Shown here: positions 21,723 to 34,140 of the stretch, one piece after another
Layout: each line of letters opens with the position of its first letter
Position numbering within the stretch: position 1 is the first letter of the stretch
DNA from: Zootoca vivipara
Taxonomy: Eukaryota
Direction of reading: 5' to 3'
NCBI RefSeq assembly: GCF_963506605.1
Contig: NC_083277.1
Span: 9,672,001-9,736,000 of the forward strand
DNA: 64,000 nucleotides
Notes under the pieces: generated by a model
Told to the model about the DNA's origin: nothing
The model's database searches: none
What the model saw: only the letters and a program-made list of their open reading frames with translations
Translations under genes and position numbers: made by a program

Positions 21723-21771
21723 GTCTAAATGAACCAGCCAGAGAGAGCTTCCCCACTGCAGAATTTCTCAC

Positions 21772-22497
21772 CTTCTGTTCTGGACCCTCCATCTCGTCCC
21801 GGCCCAAGAGGAATTCCTCCGCCAGGGCCACCGCATGGGCACAGCTCTCCGGCTTTTGCTCCCTGACCCAGCTCTGCATGTCTCCCGGCAGGATGCTCAG
21901 GAGCTGCTCCAAGATCAGCAGCTCCAGGATCTCATCCTTTGTGTGCCTCTCAATTTTCAGCCACTGGCCACAAAGCTCTCGGAGCCGGCCATAAACGCCT
22001 CTCGGACCCTCCGCCTCCCGATAGCGGAGTTGCCTGAAGTGCTGCCGCTGCTTCTCCCTCGCAATGGCCTCCCCTTGCAAGATGGCCGCCTTCACCTTCC
22101 TGTAGTCTCCCTTGTCCTGGGCACTGAGGCCGCTGAAGGCCTGCTCAAGGTCTCCGCTGAGAGCCGGCAGGAGGAGGGTCACCCACTTGTCCTGAGGCCA
22201 CCGGCAGGCTGAGGCTACTTGCTCAAAGGAGGCCAGGAAGGCCTTAGCATCCTCCCATGCTGAGGGCTCCTCAGATATCTGTAGGTTCCTGCATCCTGAG
22301 TTGGGGGCCTGCAGCATCCTCAGAAACTCCTGCAACTGGGCTTCCCAGCGTTCCAGCGCCCCTTCTTCCGGCTCACGTTTTATATAATGGGAAGGTGTCC
22401 CAATAAGGAACTGCCCTCTGCCCCTGTGATGTGGGGCTTTTGCTACACCTTCCATTTCTTCCCATGCTCTGGAGCCTGTCACATTTCGCATGTCCAT
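21772..22497 (-). CDS. Gene 2 first coding exon: Gag capsid-NTD-like region plus SCAN (whole protein ~570 aa)
   Basis: SCAN motif RQHFRQLRYREAEGPRGVYGRLRELCGQWLK...; donor AAG|GTGAGA after 21772; acceptor tgttag| before 22674. Confidence 0.92.
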
Positions 22498-22975
22498 TTT
22501 GAGAACCGGACTGCCCCTTCCTCCGCCTCCTCCTCTCGTTTTCTCTCCCGTCTCTTGTCAAAAATGGAGGTGGTCCAAGACCCTCAAGGGGGTCTGCAAA
22601 ATCAGTAGAAGTGGTTTATTTCTAAGTGACGACCAGAAATTCTCAAGCCAAGCCAGCGAGGGAGGCTCTTCCTCCTAACAGCAAGAAACAAAAAATAAGT
22701 GAGAGGAAAGAGTGCTCATTTTATTTTTTTGCTTGTTATTTTGTTAATGTTGTCAATATTGTTTTATAGATTATGACTGCTGTAGTACTTTGTGAATCCT
22801 ATAAGACTTTTGCTGTAATTGTGCTGTTTTCTTCAGGTGGTGGTGGTGTTAATAGTGTTTTATATATTATAATTGTTTTACTGATTATTTTTAATTCTTT
22901 TGCTGGTGATTTGTTATTCATTCTATATGGCACGTATTTGTGATATTGTTGTGTTATTGTTATTTATCTATCCAT

Positions 22976-23105
22976 GGGATAGCTCAGCATGAGACTCTTA
23001 ATCTCAGGGTTGTGGGTTCGAGCTCCACATTAGGCAAAAAGATTCCTGCATTGCAAGGGGTTGGGCTAGACAACCCTCGTGGTGCCTTCCAACTCTGTGA
23101 TTCCA
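22976..23105 (+). mobile_element. tRNA-derived short SINE (Squam3-like); other copies at ~39122, 41175 and 57290
   Basis: TAGCTCAG...GGTTCGAG head followed by the CCTGCATTGCA...CTTCCAACTCT tail. Confidence 0.6.
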
Positions 23106-23152
23106 TTGTTCGTCAGCTGCTTTGTGATTCATTTGAATGAAAAGTGGCATAA

Positions 23153-23342
23153 AAGGGCCCCTGACTATCAGGTCCAGTCGTGTCCGACTCTGGGGTTGCG
23201 GCGCTCATCTCGCTCTATAGGCCGAGGGAGCCGGCGTTTGTCCGCAGACAGCTTCCGGGTCATGTGGCCAGCATGACAGAGCTGCTTCTGGCGAACCAGA
23301 GCAGCACACAGAAACGCCGTTTACCTTCCCGCCGGAGCGGTC
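23153..23342 (-). mobile_element. Sauria SINE 3' half
   Basis: Matches the reverse complement of ~3040-3220. Confidence 0.75.
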
Positions 23343-23818
23343 CAATTATAACAAATCAAATCAATTGAAGAGGACGAGGAACTGGCTATGGCACTGAGAC
23401 TGACCTGAAAGTGGCCCAGGATTGGACAAATTCATGGAGGTAAAGGCTACCGGTGGCTACAAGCTATGATGACCATTGTCTGCAAGAATGCTGGGGAGAG
23501 TGGCTCATGAGGGCTTTCCAAGAGGCATCTGGTTGGCCACAGGGTGCTGGACTGGATGGGCCACTGCCCTGATCGAGAAGGGCTACTCTTATGTTCCATA
23601 GAACCTCCAAGGCCAGAAGCAGGCTACCTTTAAGTTCCTGATGAGGAACCGCTTTTAAAGGTGAACTGGCTTTTAGCTTACTCTGCCCACCTTCAGCTCA
23701 GCATCCACGTTCCCTTTTTTTGGGGGGGGGGAGCAGGATTTCTCCTACTTTACCTGCAATTTCTTTTTTCTCTCTGCAGCACTCTGGAACTAATAATAAT
23801 AATTATTATAATAATACA

Positions 23819-24074
23819 ACTCACCTCTCCCTATAAGCACCACCAATTTGCCTGGGCAGCGCCTGCTGCAGTTCCACAATGCTTTGACAAAGAAGGAAGG
23901 AGGAAATTTCAAAAGTCAGATTCCCACCAGGAAGAGGAGGGAAGAAAGGGCACCGGAAATGACTTCACCGAGCACGTTTCTTCCATAACAAAGAAAAAGG
24001 ATTCCTTCTTCCCTTCCTCGCCTCCCCCCTCAATTTCCTTTCTAGGGATCAGAGCAGAGCTCGATAGGTTTAAC
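23819..24074 (-). promoter_or_regulatory. Putative promoter and exon 1 of gene 2
   Basis: Donor GAG|GTGAGT at 23819-23824, ETS-like CCGGAA, shared motif CTAGGGA-N20-TTTAAC at 24042-24074. Confidence 0.55.
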
Positions 24075-24600
24075 CCTTTGGGTGAATTTCTCAACTTAAA
24101 AAAAATGCCCCTCTGTGATTTGCTACAGAACTGGATTACATAGTACATACTATGCATTTAAGACCCATTTAAAGCACATTCAACACCCACCCCCCAAATT
24201 CTGGGAACTGTAGTTTACCCCTTCAGGGAGCTACAATTCCCAGCACCCTTAGCAAACTACAGTTCCCATGATTCTTTGGGGGGTTGACCTAGGAAGCTGG
24301 GGCAGGAGATGGGTGAAAGAGGAGCTTTCAAGCAGAGGGAACCAAATTATCCTCCAGCTCAGGCATAAGCAACCTTGGCCCTCCAGATGTTTTGGGACTA
24401 CAACTCCCATGATCCCTAGCTAACAGGACCAGTGGTCAGGGATGTTGGGAATTGTAGTCCCAAAACATCTGGAGGGCCAAAGTTGCCTATGCCTGCTCCA
24501 GATCCTCTGCACTAGAGCCCTCTGCTGGTCCAGCTCAGGGAAAGGCCCTCTCATCACTGCACGATGGCCTCTTGTTTATTTATTTCCTAGATCCATAAAT

Positions 24601-25412
24601 GGGACCCAGGTGGCGCTGTGGTTAAACCACTGAGCCTAGGGCTTGCTGATCAGAAGGTCGGCGGTTCGAATCCCTGTGACGGGGTGAGCTCCCGTTGCTT
24701 GGTCCCAGCTCCTGCCAACCTAGCAGTTCTGTAAGAGAGAGGGCTTGCAGAGAGCAGCCCACTCTGCTTACTTCCATCAGATGGGAGAGCAGCAGCAAGT
24801 CTGGGAGTTCAAATCAGGAACAGGAAGGGTTAAGACGGGTCCAGGGCTCTGCAGAGTCCTGGTGGCTCAGCTCCAGGTTGGTAGCAGGGAAGCAGGGGAG
24901 GAGCTAGCTTCAGCAGGGGCTGGAAAGGAGGGAGGAGAGAGAACGGCACCTCAGGAGCCTGGTTTGGGACCACGGAGGACCCATAGAGCAAGGAGGAGGG
25001 GCGTTTGGAGTCTTAAAAGGGGGGTCAGAGCCCACGAGACGCCATTGTGGGCTTCTGCCCCATGCAGAGCAGACATGATTTGAGACATCTCACCACTGTA
25101 TATAGCATGCACAATAAAACTATGAAAATCCAGAGGATGTGTGGAGTGCTTACTCGGGAGTAGCCAACACCCCATCTGTGACAAGTTCGAAAGCACGTCA
25201 AAGTGCAAGTAGATAAATAGGAACCGCTACAGCGGGAAGGTAAATGGCGTTTCCATGTGCTGCTCTGGTTTGCCAGAAGCAGCTTTGTCATGCTGGCCAC
25301 ATGACCTGGAAGCTATACGCCGGCTCCCTCGGCCAATAATGCGAGATGAGCGCGCAACCCCAGAGTCGGTCACGACTGGACCTAATGGTCAGGGGTCCCT
25401 TTACCTTTACCT
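24601..25412 (+). mobile_element. Sauria SINE split by a solo LTR
   Basis: Halves 24601-24729 and 25184-25412 rejoin into a copy of 2876-3220. Confidence 0.9.
24730..25183 (+). mobile_element. Solo LTR (454 bp), probably Gypsy-type
   Basis: TGT...ACA ends, 5-bp TSD AGTTC (24725-24729 and 25184-25188), AATAAA at 25113. Confidence 0.85.
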
Positions 25413-26890
25413 AGAACTATAAATATGGATCCGACTCCAACCCTCTGCAATGGAGGAATATTTAACTTAACATGGGGCTCGAACCCATGGCCCAGAGATA
25501 AAGTCTTATGCTCTACCGACTGATCTATCCCTGTTTGTTCTCCCACATCTTAAGGGCCGCATTCAAAACCATACATTTAAAGCATGATTACCCCACTTTA
25601 AATAGCCAAGTCTTCGACCCACAAAGAATTCCGGGAACTGTAGTTTTCTTCAGGGTTCTGAGAGTCTCCAGGCAAGACCCCTATTCACCTCAGAGAATTA
25701 TAATTCCCAGAGCTGTTTAATAACCAAACTGTCTTCCAGGGAACTCTGGAAATTGTAGCTCTGTGAGGGGAATAGGGGGTCTCCTAACAAACTCTCATTG
25801 TCTTTAGCAAACTACAGTTCCCAGTATTTTTTTTTACTCTTTAAAGTGGCAACATAGCGCTTTAAATGTGTAGTGTGGAGCCAGACATCACCTAAAGGGT
25901 CTCTCATCCTTCAGGATAACTTCAGAAAGGGGACTTGCCATCAAAGTGGCATGATTGCGAATTAAAACTATACTGACAAGCCCTAAGAAAAAATGCTGGA
26001 ATTATCCATTTTCCCCAACCTATTATTTATTATGGATTTATTCATCACCTTACATATGCATAAGGCAACTTCCATTAAAAAAACCACGATTCAAACATAT
26101 TGCATTTTAAAAAAACCAAAAAACAGCTCGGGAACAGTGTATTTGTTTCTTTATTTTAAAAATGACGTCACTTAATTGTTCAAACCTCTAAGTGATTTAC
26201 ATGGAACATAAGATGCAATTAGCAGCCAAAGTCAGAAGTCAAAAACAAGTTGACATAAAAAAAACCACCAACCCACCACACCCAAATATTTATGTATTTA
26301 TTAAATCAGAAGTTAAAAATACATGGTTGGCATTCACTTTCCCTCAGAGCAGACCTATTAAAATGAATAAATATGACTAAGTTAGTTCCATTAACTTCAG
26401 TAGTCGAATACCACCATAGTGGAACTATGACATTTGCTCCCGCAGGAGGCAGTGATGGACAACAAAATGGATGGCTCTAAAAGATCGGACAAATTGACTA
26501 GGCCATCAGACGGCTCTTGTCCTGCTTGCAGGTTTCCCACAAGCATCTTGGTGGCCACTGAGAGAACAGGGTGCTGGACTAAGATTGGCTACTGGCCTCA
26601 TCCAGTAGGCTCTTCTTATGTTCTTAGCAGCTGAAGGGCCACCTATTAGCATACCGCCCCCCCTTCCTCGCTCCCCTGGCCTTAGTAAGTGATGGTTCCT
26701 GTGCCATAGGATTTCCCCAATCAATGCTACTTCAGGGCGTATGCTGTTCGGGGTGCACTTAGGGGTACTTGTTCTTAGAGACATGAATTCATTTCCCGGG
26801 GGTCATGATAACTGCATGCCACCTCCAGCATCAGAAGCCACATGCCTCTGGTTGACACTAGTTGCTGGGAATCAACAATTGGAGGAGGGC

Positions 26891-27497
26891 TGATGGGCTT
26901 CCCGGTGGCATCCGCTTGGGAAACAGGATGCTCCAGTGGTGGGAAGAAGACCCAGAGCCTGGGGAGTGGTGGTGGGACAACAATGAGCGGTCAGAGGGAG
27001 AAGACTGGGAAGAGGAGGTGTCAGAAGCTGAGGAAGCAACAGGGCTTAGTGAGCTGGGTGAGGCAGAGGCAGAGAGCAGTCCAGAATCGGGCAGAAGCCG
27101 AAGCAGGAGGGTGGGATGAGGGAAGCCAAGAGGCAGAGAAGGGTCAGGCTGGGGAAGTGTCACGGGTTTCTCCCCCTCCTGCTGTAACGAGCTCCCTTTT
27201 CCCCTAGTTTCCCAGAACCAAAAGAGGCACAAAAAGGGCGGAGGAGAGAGTGGTGATGCACAGACTCAGTCTTCAATTGCTTGGGGGAAACCCTGGAGAG
27301 GAGGGGACTTAGGCAGCTATGGGGAGGCAGGAACCTTCAGTCTCGACAACTGCTTCATGGGAGCAACACCTACCAGGGAGGAGTTGCTGTGCTCATTAGG
27401 CCTGACACTCTACCATGTTGGTGCAGATCATGTTTTTGCTATTAAAGAGTTAATGGCAACTTGCACAGTGTGATTTACTGCTGGCTCGCTCCTGACT
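26891..27497 (+). mobile_element. LTR-like repeat, same family as 60602-61498
   Basis: Purine-rich body and 3' end ...AAAGAGTTAA...ACTTGCACAGTGTGATTTA...CTGAC are shared with 61440-61498. No TSD seen, so the ends are approximate. Confidence 0.6.
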
Positions 27498-27830
27498 CTA
27501 TGTTCTCGTGAGAAAGGATAGATTGCGGTTGGTGGGACAGTGCCCCATTCGCCCTGGCGGACTAGTCTCCACTGGCACCAACCCTTGGAAATAGGACCAT
27601 CTAGACAAGTGAGCTGGCAAAGTGGCTTAGTAGGCTTCTTGAGGCAGAGCACTTCCCAGTTGCCATGGTCTGAATCCCAGCACTGCACCACTTCACTTCC
27701 TAGAGGGGCTCAGAGTAAAACCTCCATCCGCACCCGGGAAAATCCGCACAGGAGGAGACGATCGTGCAGAGACCCGAGCGACTGCTAAAGGTCCAGGACT
27801 ACCAGAGTCCGGGGCGTTTGTTCCATGTTT

Positions 27831-28648
27831 CTACCGCACGTGGATTCTCACGTGGGCCTTCAGTTTCGAACTCTGGTTGAAGCATTTCCCGCACTCGCTG
27901 CACCTGTACGGCTTCAGGCCCTTGTGTATCCGGACGTGGGCGACGAGGCTGCCCTTGACGTTGAAGGTTTTCCCGCAGTCCGAGCACTGGAAGGGCTTCT
28001 CCCCCGTGTGGATCCTCTGGTGTCTGACAAGGTCGGAGTTCATGCCGAAGGACTTCCCGCAGTCCGAGCACTCAAAGGGCTTCTCCCCCGTGTGGACCCG
28101 GTGGTGGCGGATGAGGTCGTAGTTCATCCGGAAGAACTTGCCGCAGTACGAGCATCCGTACGGCTTCTCTCCCCGGTGAATCCGGTAGTGCCGGAAAAGC
28201 CCGTACTTAGTGCTGAAGGATTTGCCGCAGTCCAAGCAACCGTACGGCTTCTCCCCCGTGTGGGTCTTGTGATGTCGGATGAGCTTGTCCTTTGTGCGGA
28301 AGGCCTTCCCGCACTCCACGCATTTGAAGGGTTTCTCTTCTGCCTCGGTCCTCTCGCTTGCCTTGGAGTTAGAAGTCCGTCTGTATCCGGTCAGGGTCAC
28401 AGGCCTCTCCCCGGTAAGAAGTCCGCTCAGTCCTTGGTAAAGGCCCACGCTAGGAATGAGCTGATCCATCCTCTGCCTCGGACAGCTTGCCTGTTGTTGC
28501 CTCCACAGCCCACACAGACCCTCATTCGATCCCGCCCGCTTGCAGTCCTTGAGTCCGTTGGCTCCCTCTCTCTCCTCCAGCATCCCATGTGGTTCTTGCT
28601 CAGAGCTTTCTTGCCTGTGATCCTCTTTCTGCATCGCATACTGCTTAC
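27831..28648 (-). CDS. Gene 3 last exon: 6 C2H2 fingers
   Basis: Acceptor cttccttcag| before 28648, phase 1; six canonical fingers with TGEKP-type linkers. Confidence 0.92.
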
Positions 28649-28717
28649 CTGAAGGAAGAAGGAGAGAGATGAAATATAAAGAACGTCCATACCTTAAGTA
28701 CCGTATCAGGTATCGTA

Positions 28718-28930
28718 CCAGCCACGGGGCCTTCTCGGTAGTGGCGCCCGCCAAGTGGAATGCCCTCCCATCAGATGTTAAGGAAATAAACAACTATCTG
28801 ACTTTTAGGAGACATCTGAAGGCAGCTCTGTTTAGGGAAGTTTTTAATGTTTGATCTTTTACTGTGTTCTTAATATTCTGTTGGGAGCCGCCCAGAGTGG
28901 CTGGGGTAAAATAAATAAATAAATAAATAA
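28718..28930 (+). mobile_element. L2-clade LINE 3' end (partial second tail at ~29107-29235)
   Basis: AFSVVAPAKWNALP...FRRHLKAALF followed by (AAAT)n. Confidence 0.75.
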
Positions 28931-29241
28931 GTTTATCACCACTTCCCATACAAAACAACCCGGACCCTGTGCTTGTCAGCTGAGGCCCTTCTTTATGTAC
29001 CCCCCCCCCCATCCAGAGACGTTCAGAGGGTGGCAACAAGAAAACGGGCCTTTTTTGTGGTAGCTCCCCGACTATAGAATGATCTACAGTTAGCATGGAG
29101 TAATCCCTGTTTAGGGAAGTTTTTGATGTTTGATGTTTTATTCTGTTTTTAATCTGCTGGGAGCCGCCCAGAGTGGCTGGGGAAACCCAGCCAGATGGGC
29201 AGGGTATAAATAAATCATTTATTATTATTATTATTACTTAC

Positions 29242-29365
29242 CGCCTGAGCCAGCATTTCCTCCACACTCATGTTTCACCACATTCCAGATATGCCTGCCT
29301 GCATCTCCCAAAGTAGTTGCCTCATCCGGGACATTCACAACCACCTTCTGAAAGAGACCCGGGCC
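29242..29365 (-). CDS. Gene 3 middle exon (124 nt), degenerate KRAB-A-like
   Basis: gtttcag| acceptor (alternative in-frame acceptor at 29347), |GTAAGT donor, phase 0 to 1, GPGLFQKVVVNVPDEATTLGDAGRHIWNVVKHECGGNAGSG. Confidence 0.7.
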
Positions 29366-30213
29366 CTGAAACATCAAGGGTCACGTTGTTCTATAATTTG
29401 TGTTATTCACAGCATTTAGACACACTTTGTGTAGACCAGTGTTCTTCAAGCTTAGGTTCCCAGAAGTTGCTGGAATACAAATCCCATCATCCCTCGTTGT
29501 TGGCTAAGCTGACTGTGGATGATGGGATTCGTAGTCCAAACAACATCCAAGGCCCAAGTTTCGAAGAACACTGTGATAACTGGGCAAGATGTATCAATGG
29601 TTTGACACGACATAAGGTAGCTTCCTTTGGTTCTTGATCTCGCTACCAGCTATGGATAGTTCAGGATTCCCAGGATGCAAACAGCCTCCTATAAGGATAC
29701 TTGGTTTAAATGTCTGAAGTTGTTTTAACAGACAATGCAAACATAACATATATGCTGCAGGAGTCTCAGCATGCCTTTGGAGACAAATCCTGCATCATAT
29801 AAATTCAATGACAGGAGAAAACTCTCCCCCAGTTGATTATTTTTTATTTGATTGAGGGGGAAATATCTGCAAAACAGCAGCCTTTAACAAACAAACAAAC
29901 AAACAAAAGCAACCCTTGTGATGGCAGCCAGAGCAGTCTGGGCTCGAAAGTGTAAAGATTATCAGGTGCCAATTATATGGGAATGCCTATGGAAATGTCT
30001 TGAATTTGCAAAAAGGCACAAATCAATTGATTTGATCCCTAAGAGGAGCGGTATATTTTACAACACAACATTTGTTGAGAGGTGGGCATTTTTTTGTGAA
30101 TCACTGCGACACAAATTTTGGAAATACTAGACTGGAAACTTTGTTGACTTTAATTTGCACATATTTCGAAGTATACATTATTATTAAAAAATAAATAAAG
30201 GAAACAGCCTCAC

Positions 30214-30963
30214 CTGCTCTTCCCAACTCCCTGCCTCTCCCTGAGCCGGCAAGAAATTCTCCACCAGGGCCACCGCATGGGCACAGGTTTCGGGAGCCTG
30301 ATCCTTCACCCGACTCTGGATCCCTTGAGGCAGGACATCCAGGAACTGCTCCAAGACCAGCAAGTCCAGGATCTCCTCTTTGGTACGTCTCTCCGGTTTC
30401 AACCACTGGCGGCAAAGCTCCCAGAGTCGGCTGCAGGCCTGGCGGGGACTCTCAGCCTGGCGGCAGTGGGACTGCCTAAAGCGTTGCCGGTGCCCCTCTG
30501 TGCTGAGGGCCTCCTCCTCCTCCTCCTTCACTTTGGTGTAGGGGCCCTGTTCTCTTGGATCGAGTTTGACACTGATCTGGTGGCTCACCCCGTTGAGGAT
30601 CGGAAGGCGGTACCCTTCTTTTGGTGGCTGGCTGGCTGCAGTGATGGCCTCAAAAGGGGCTAGGGAAGTCTTCAGGTCCCCCCAGGGAGCCATTTCTGCC
30701 AGCTGTGAGCTCCCCGCCTCAGAGTGGGGTAATTCCATTGCCTTGAGGAAGGCCTGCCACTGGGCCTCCCAGACCTGCTGCAGGCCCTCGCACCCCGCAG
30801 CTCCCGCCTGAGCAGCAGTGTGGGGTTTCTTCCTCGGTCCCTTGGATCCCATCTCAGACTTGGGACCCGCTGGGTCCTTCCTCTCCACTTTCACTTCCTG
30901 CTCCAGCGCTGCTTGGAACCGGAGATCCGGGGCCGGCGACTCCCCCTCCCTCCCTTCCGCCAT
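30214..30963 (-). CDS. Gene 3 first coding exon with SCAN domain (whole protein ~563 aa)
   Basis: RQRFRQ...[33 protein letters not shown]; donor CAG|GTGAGG after 30214; acceptor before 31197 is homologous to that of gene 2. Confidence 0.9.
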
Positions 30964-31302
30964 TTGGGAACTGGGGCTCTTGCAATTGGGAAGGGTAGTA
31001 GATGGAATCAGAACTCAGAGCAGCCCTTCCGCCCCTGAGAGCTAATGCAGGAGAGGAATCCAGCCTATCGGATTAGTGCGCCCAGCTACTGCGGTATGAC
31101 AGGGCAAGTTCAGAGGGATATAGGGCAGAGCTATCTCCACAACGGCGCTTAGGAGTTACCCTTGGCCGCCGATGGGATATCCAAGCGCTTCTTCCTCCTG
31201 TCAGAAGAAAACAAGAGCAATCTGGTTAAGTTGTTTCAAACTGCTTTTAATATTGTTGCTGTAACTCACCCTGGACCTTAGCGTGAAGGACAGGTAATAA
31301 TA

Positions 31303-31341
<39 letters not shown>

Positions 31342-31726
31342 CAGAACGTTTCCCTGCAAAGTAACAGAAGTGGGGAGCTCTGGAAAGCACATTTTTTTGT
31401 GAAAACTCTCTGGAGTCTAGCTTTTTAAAACTGCCTTATCTTAACAGCAACCTGAGAAGGTAGGATAAGCTGAGAGATGGTGACTTACCCCAGGTAGGCT
31501 GGTGAGCTTCAGAGGTGAAGGGGGAACTGGATGTCAGTTTTGAGTCCAGCGCTTAGCCACAACATCACACCAGAACTGGTAATGCAAGCAGGTGAAAGTA
31601 ATGCAAATAATAATAATAATAATAATAATAATAAACAATAATGAACATAAGAACATAAAAATAACCTGCTGGATCAGGTCAAAGATCTATCTAGTCATAA
31701 AACTGTAGCATTGGAAGGGAACTTAA

Positions 31727-32104
31727 AAATGGAAAGAGTAATGCTGATGGTCAACAGAAGAGGTTTAAAGATTCTCTCAAGGCAAATCTAAAAATATGTA
31801 GTACCGGTATAAACACCAACAACTGGGAAACACTGGCCTGCGAGCGCTGCAATTGGAGAAGAGCGTTTACCAAAGGTGCCATGGGCTTTGAAGTTACTCG
31901 AACTCAGGACAAAAGGGAGAAATGTGCTAAGAGGAAGGCACGCTTGGCAAACCCTCACCATGATCAACCCCCGCCCGGAAACCTATGTCCCCACTGTGGA
32001 AAGACGTGTGGATCCAAAATTGGTCTCCACAGTCACTTACGGACTCACTGTTAAGACTGTGTTCATGGAAGACAATCTTACTCAGCTACCAGTGACTGCC
32101 AAAG
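31727..32104 (+). mobile_element. RTE-clade LINE 3' fragment (second copy at ~58998-59295, minus strand)
   Basis: WETLACER...CPHCGKTCGSKIGLHSHLRTH C-terminus. Confidence 0.7.
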
Positions 32105-33049
32105 AAGTCCCAACATCCTGTTCTCACAGCAGCCAACCAGATGTCCATGCAAAGCTTGAAAGCAGGACTGGTTCACCAGAGCAGAGTTCTCCTCACTTGC
32201 AATTCTCAGCAGCTGATCTTCAGTCATCCTGCCTCTGACTGTGGAGGTAGGAAATAGCCGTCACAGCTAGTAGCAATAGATAGCTTTATCCTCCACGAAT
32301 TTACCTAACCCTTTTTTAAAGCCATCCAAGTTGGTGGTTATCATTACAGCTTGTGGGAGGGAGTTCCACAGATTAACAATGAGCTGTGTAAACGAGTCCT
32401 TCCTTTTGCCCGTTCCGAAAACTCCAACATTCCGTTTCATTAGAGGCCCCTGACGTCTAGTGTTACAAGTGAGAAGAACCGCTCCAAGCCCCAATTTTTC
32501 TGCAAAATGCCTAATTTTACACACCTCTGTCATGCTTCCTTCAGACAAGGCACCTCTCCCAGCCCTAACAGGAGATACTGGGGATTGAATCTGGGACCTC
32601 CTGCATGCAAAGCAGATGCTCTACCCACTGAGCTGCCGCCCGTCCATATTTGGGGGGGGGGTTGTTGCAAGAGACCGAAAACAGTTGCCTTTTTGTGGGG
32701 GAGGGGGAAATCTCTCTGCCTGAAGCTATGAGAGATGCTGGCAGTTAGAGCAGACTAGGGTAGAATCTACACATGGATAAAAACCGTTCTGAAAAAGTGT
32801 CACATTGTATATTGCACTTAAAACACACTTAAAATGTTTTATTTGTGGCTGTATAGCTGACCCCATAATCACCAACCTGGTGCCCTCCAGATCATAGAAT
32901 CATAGAACGACAGAGTTGGAAGGGACAACGGGGGACATCTGAAGGCAGCCCTGTTTAGGGGAGCTTTTAATGTTTAACAGATTATTGTATTTTAATATTT
33001 TGTTGGAAGCCGCCCAGAGTGGCTGGGGAAATTAATAATAATAATAGTA

Positions 33050-33100
<51 letters not shown>

Positions 33101-33703
33101 CCAACCCCCTGCAATGCAGGAATAAACTCAGCTCAAGCATCCATTACAGATGGCCATCCAACCTCTGCTTAAAAACCTCCAAGAAAGGAGAATCCACCAC
33201 CTTCTGAAGGGAGTCCATTACAATAGTGAGCTGGATGGCAAATGCTTTAGCTGACAGGACAGTTTGCAACGTTAAAGTAGCAATTAATAATCGAGAGCCT
33301 ACTTTCCAATGGGTTTTTTTAAAAAAAAATGTGAACACACACAACCTCCCAAGGGATTTTGGACTGACGGAAGTTGTAGCCCAAAACGCCTGGAGCTGAA
33401 GACACCAGGTTGGCGAAGGCAGGGGCTGAAGGGACTAGCAATTTGACTTCTACATAGAATCGCAGAGATGGAAGGGACCCTGAGGATCATCTAGTCCAAC
33501 CCCCTGCAATGCAAGATATGGCAGGTTACAACCAGAGCCAGTCTCCCCAGTTTCCTATCCCGGCTTAGGTGGAGGGTCTGCAAGGTTCCTTCCACCCTCC
33601 AACCTCTTTGCATCCCCACGCTCCGCCCCCCCCCATATAAAAGCTGGAGATTTTATACACTGTATATATATCTACGACATAATTTCTCTTTTTGCACCCT
33701 CGG

Positions 33704-33909
33704 CTCACCGCTGCTTGGGTTTCACCAGCCTCCAACTCCCGCCTACATCCAGAGAGCCATTTTGCTTTCCGGATAGAGGGGACGGAAAAGGCACGGGCTC
33801 CCCCCCCCCCGACCTCTCTATGGTAGCGACATCCCACCTACTCCCCCCTCCCCAAATTTCCACCCTCCCCTTCCTCTCTAGGAACCCGATCTCGACTGCT
33901 GGATTTAAC
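33704..33909 (-). promoter_or_regulatory. Putative promoter and exon 1 of gene 3
   Basis: Donor GCG|GTGAGC at ~33704; shared motif CTAGGAA-N19-TTTAAC at 33878-33909. Confidence 0.5.
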
Positions 33910-34054
33910 CATTACATGGGTCAGATCCCAGGTGGTTCTTTTCCTGCCTGTTTCACGGATGCGTTTTGGCACATGGGTTTGTTTTCGTTTGCATTTCACT
34001 ACAGAGCATCTATACTGCTTGTTATGATGCCTCCTCCAAAAGTGTTTTAGGTAT

Positions 34055-34057
<3 letters not shown>

Positions 34058-34134
<77 letters not shown>
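34058..34134. repeat. (GA)n microsatellite
   Basis: Read directly from the sequence. Confidence 0.95.

Positions 34135-34140
<6 letters not shown>

Noticed and set aside
22976-23040. tRNA-like sequences (also ~39122, 57290 and the Sauria SINE heads)
   Set aside because: SINE heads fused to repeat tails, with deletions that break the cloverleaf; not tRNA genes.
26842-27232. Glu-rich and Ser-rich ORFs (also 60624-61018)
   Set aside because: Products of purine-rich LTR sequence.
28649-28793. N-terminal extensions of ZNF ORFs in the track (also 47063-47138) and SCAN ORF run-ons
   Set aside because: Intronic sequence beyond clear splice sites.
31201-31392. Poly-His, poly-Leu/Ile and (ER)n ORFs
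   Set aside because: Translations of (GAT)n, (TTA)n and (GA)n microsatellites.
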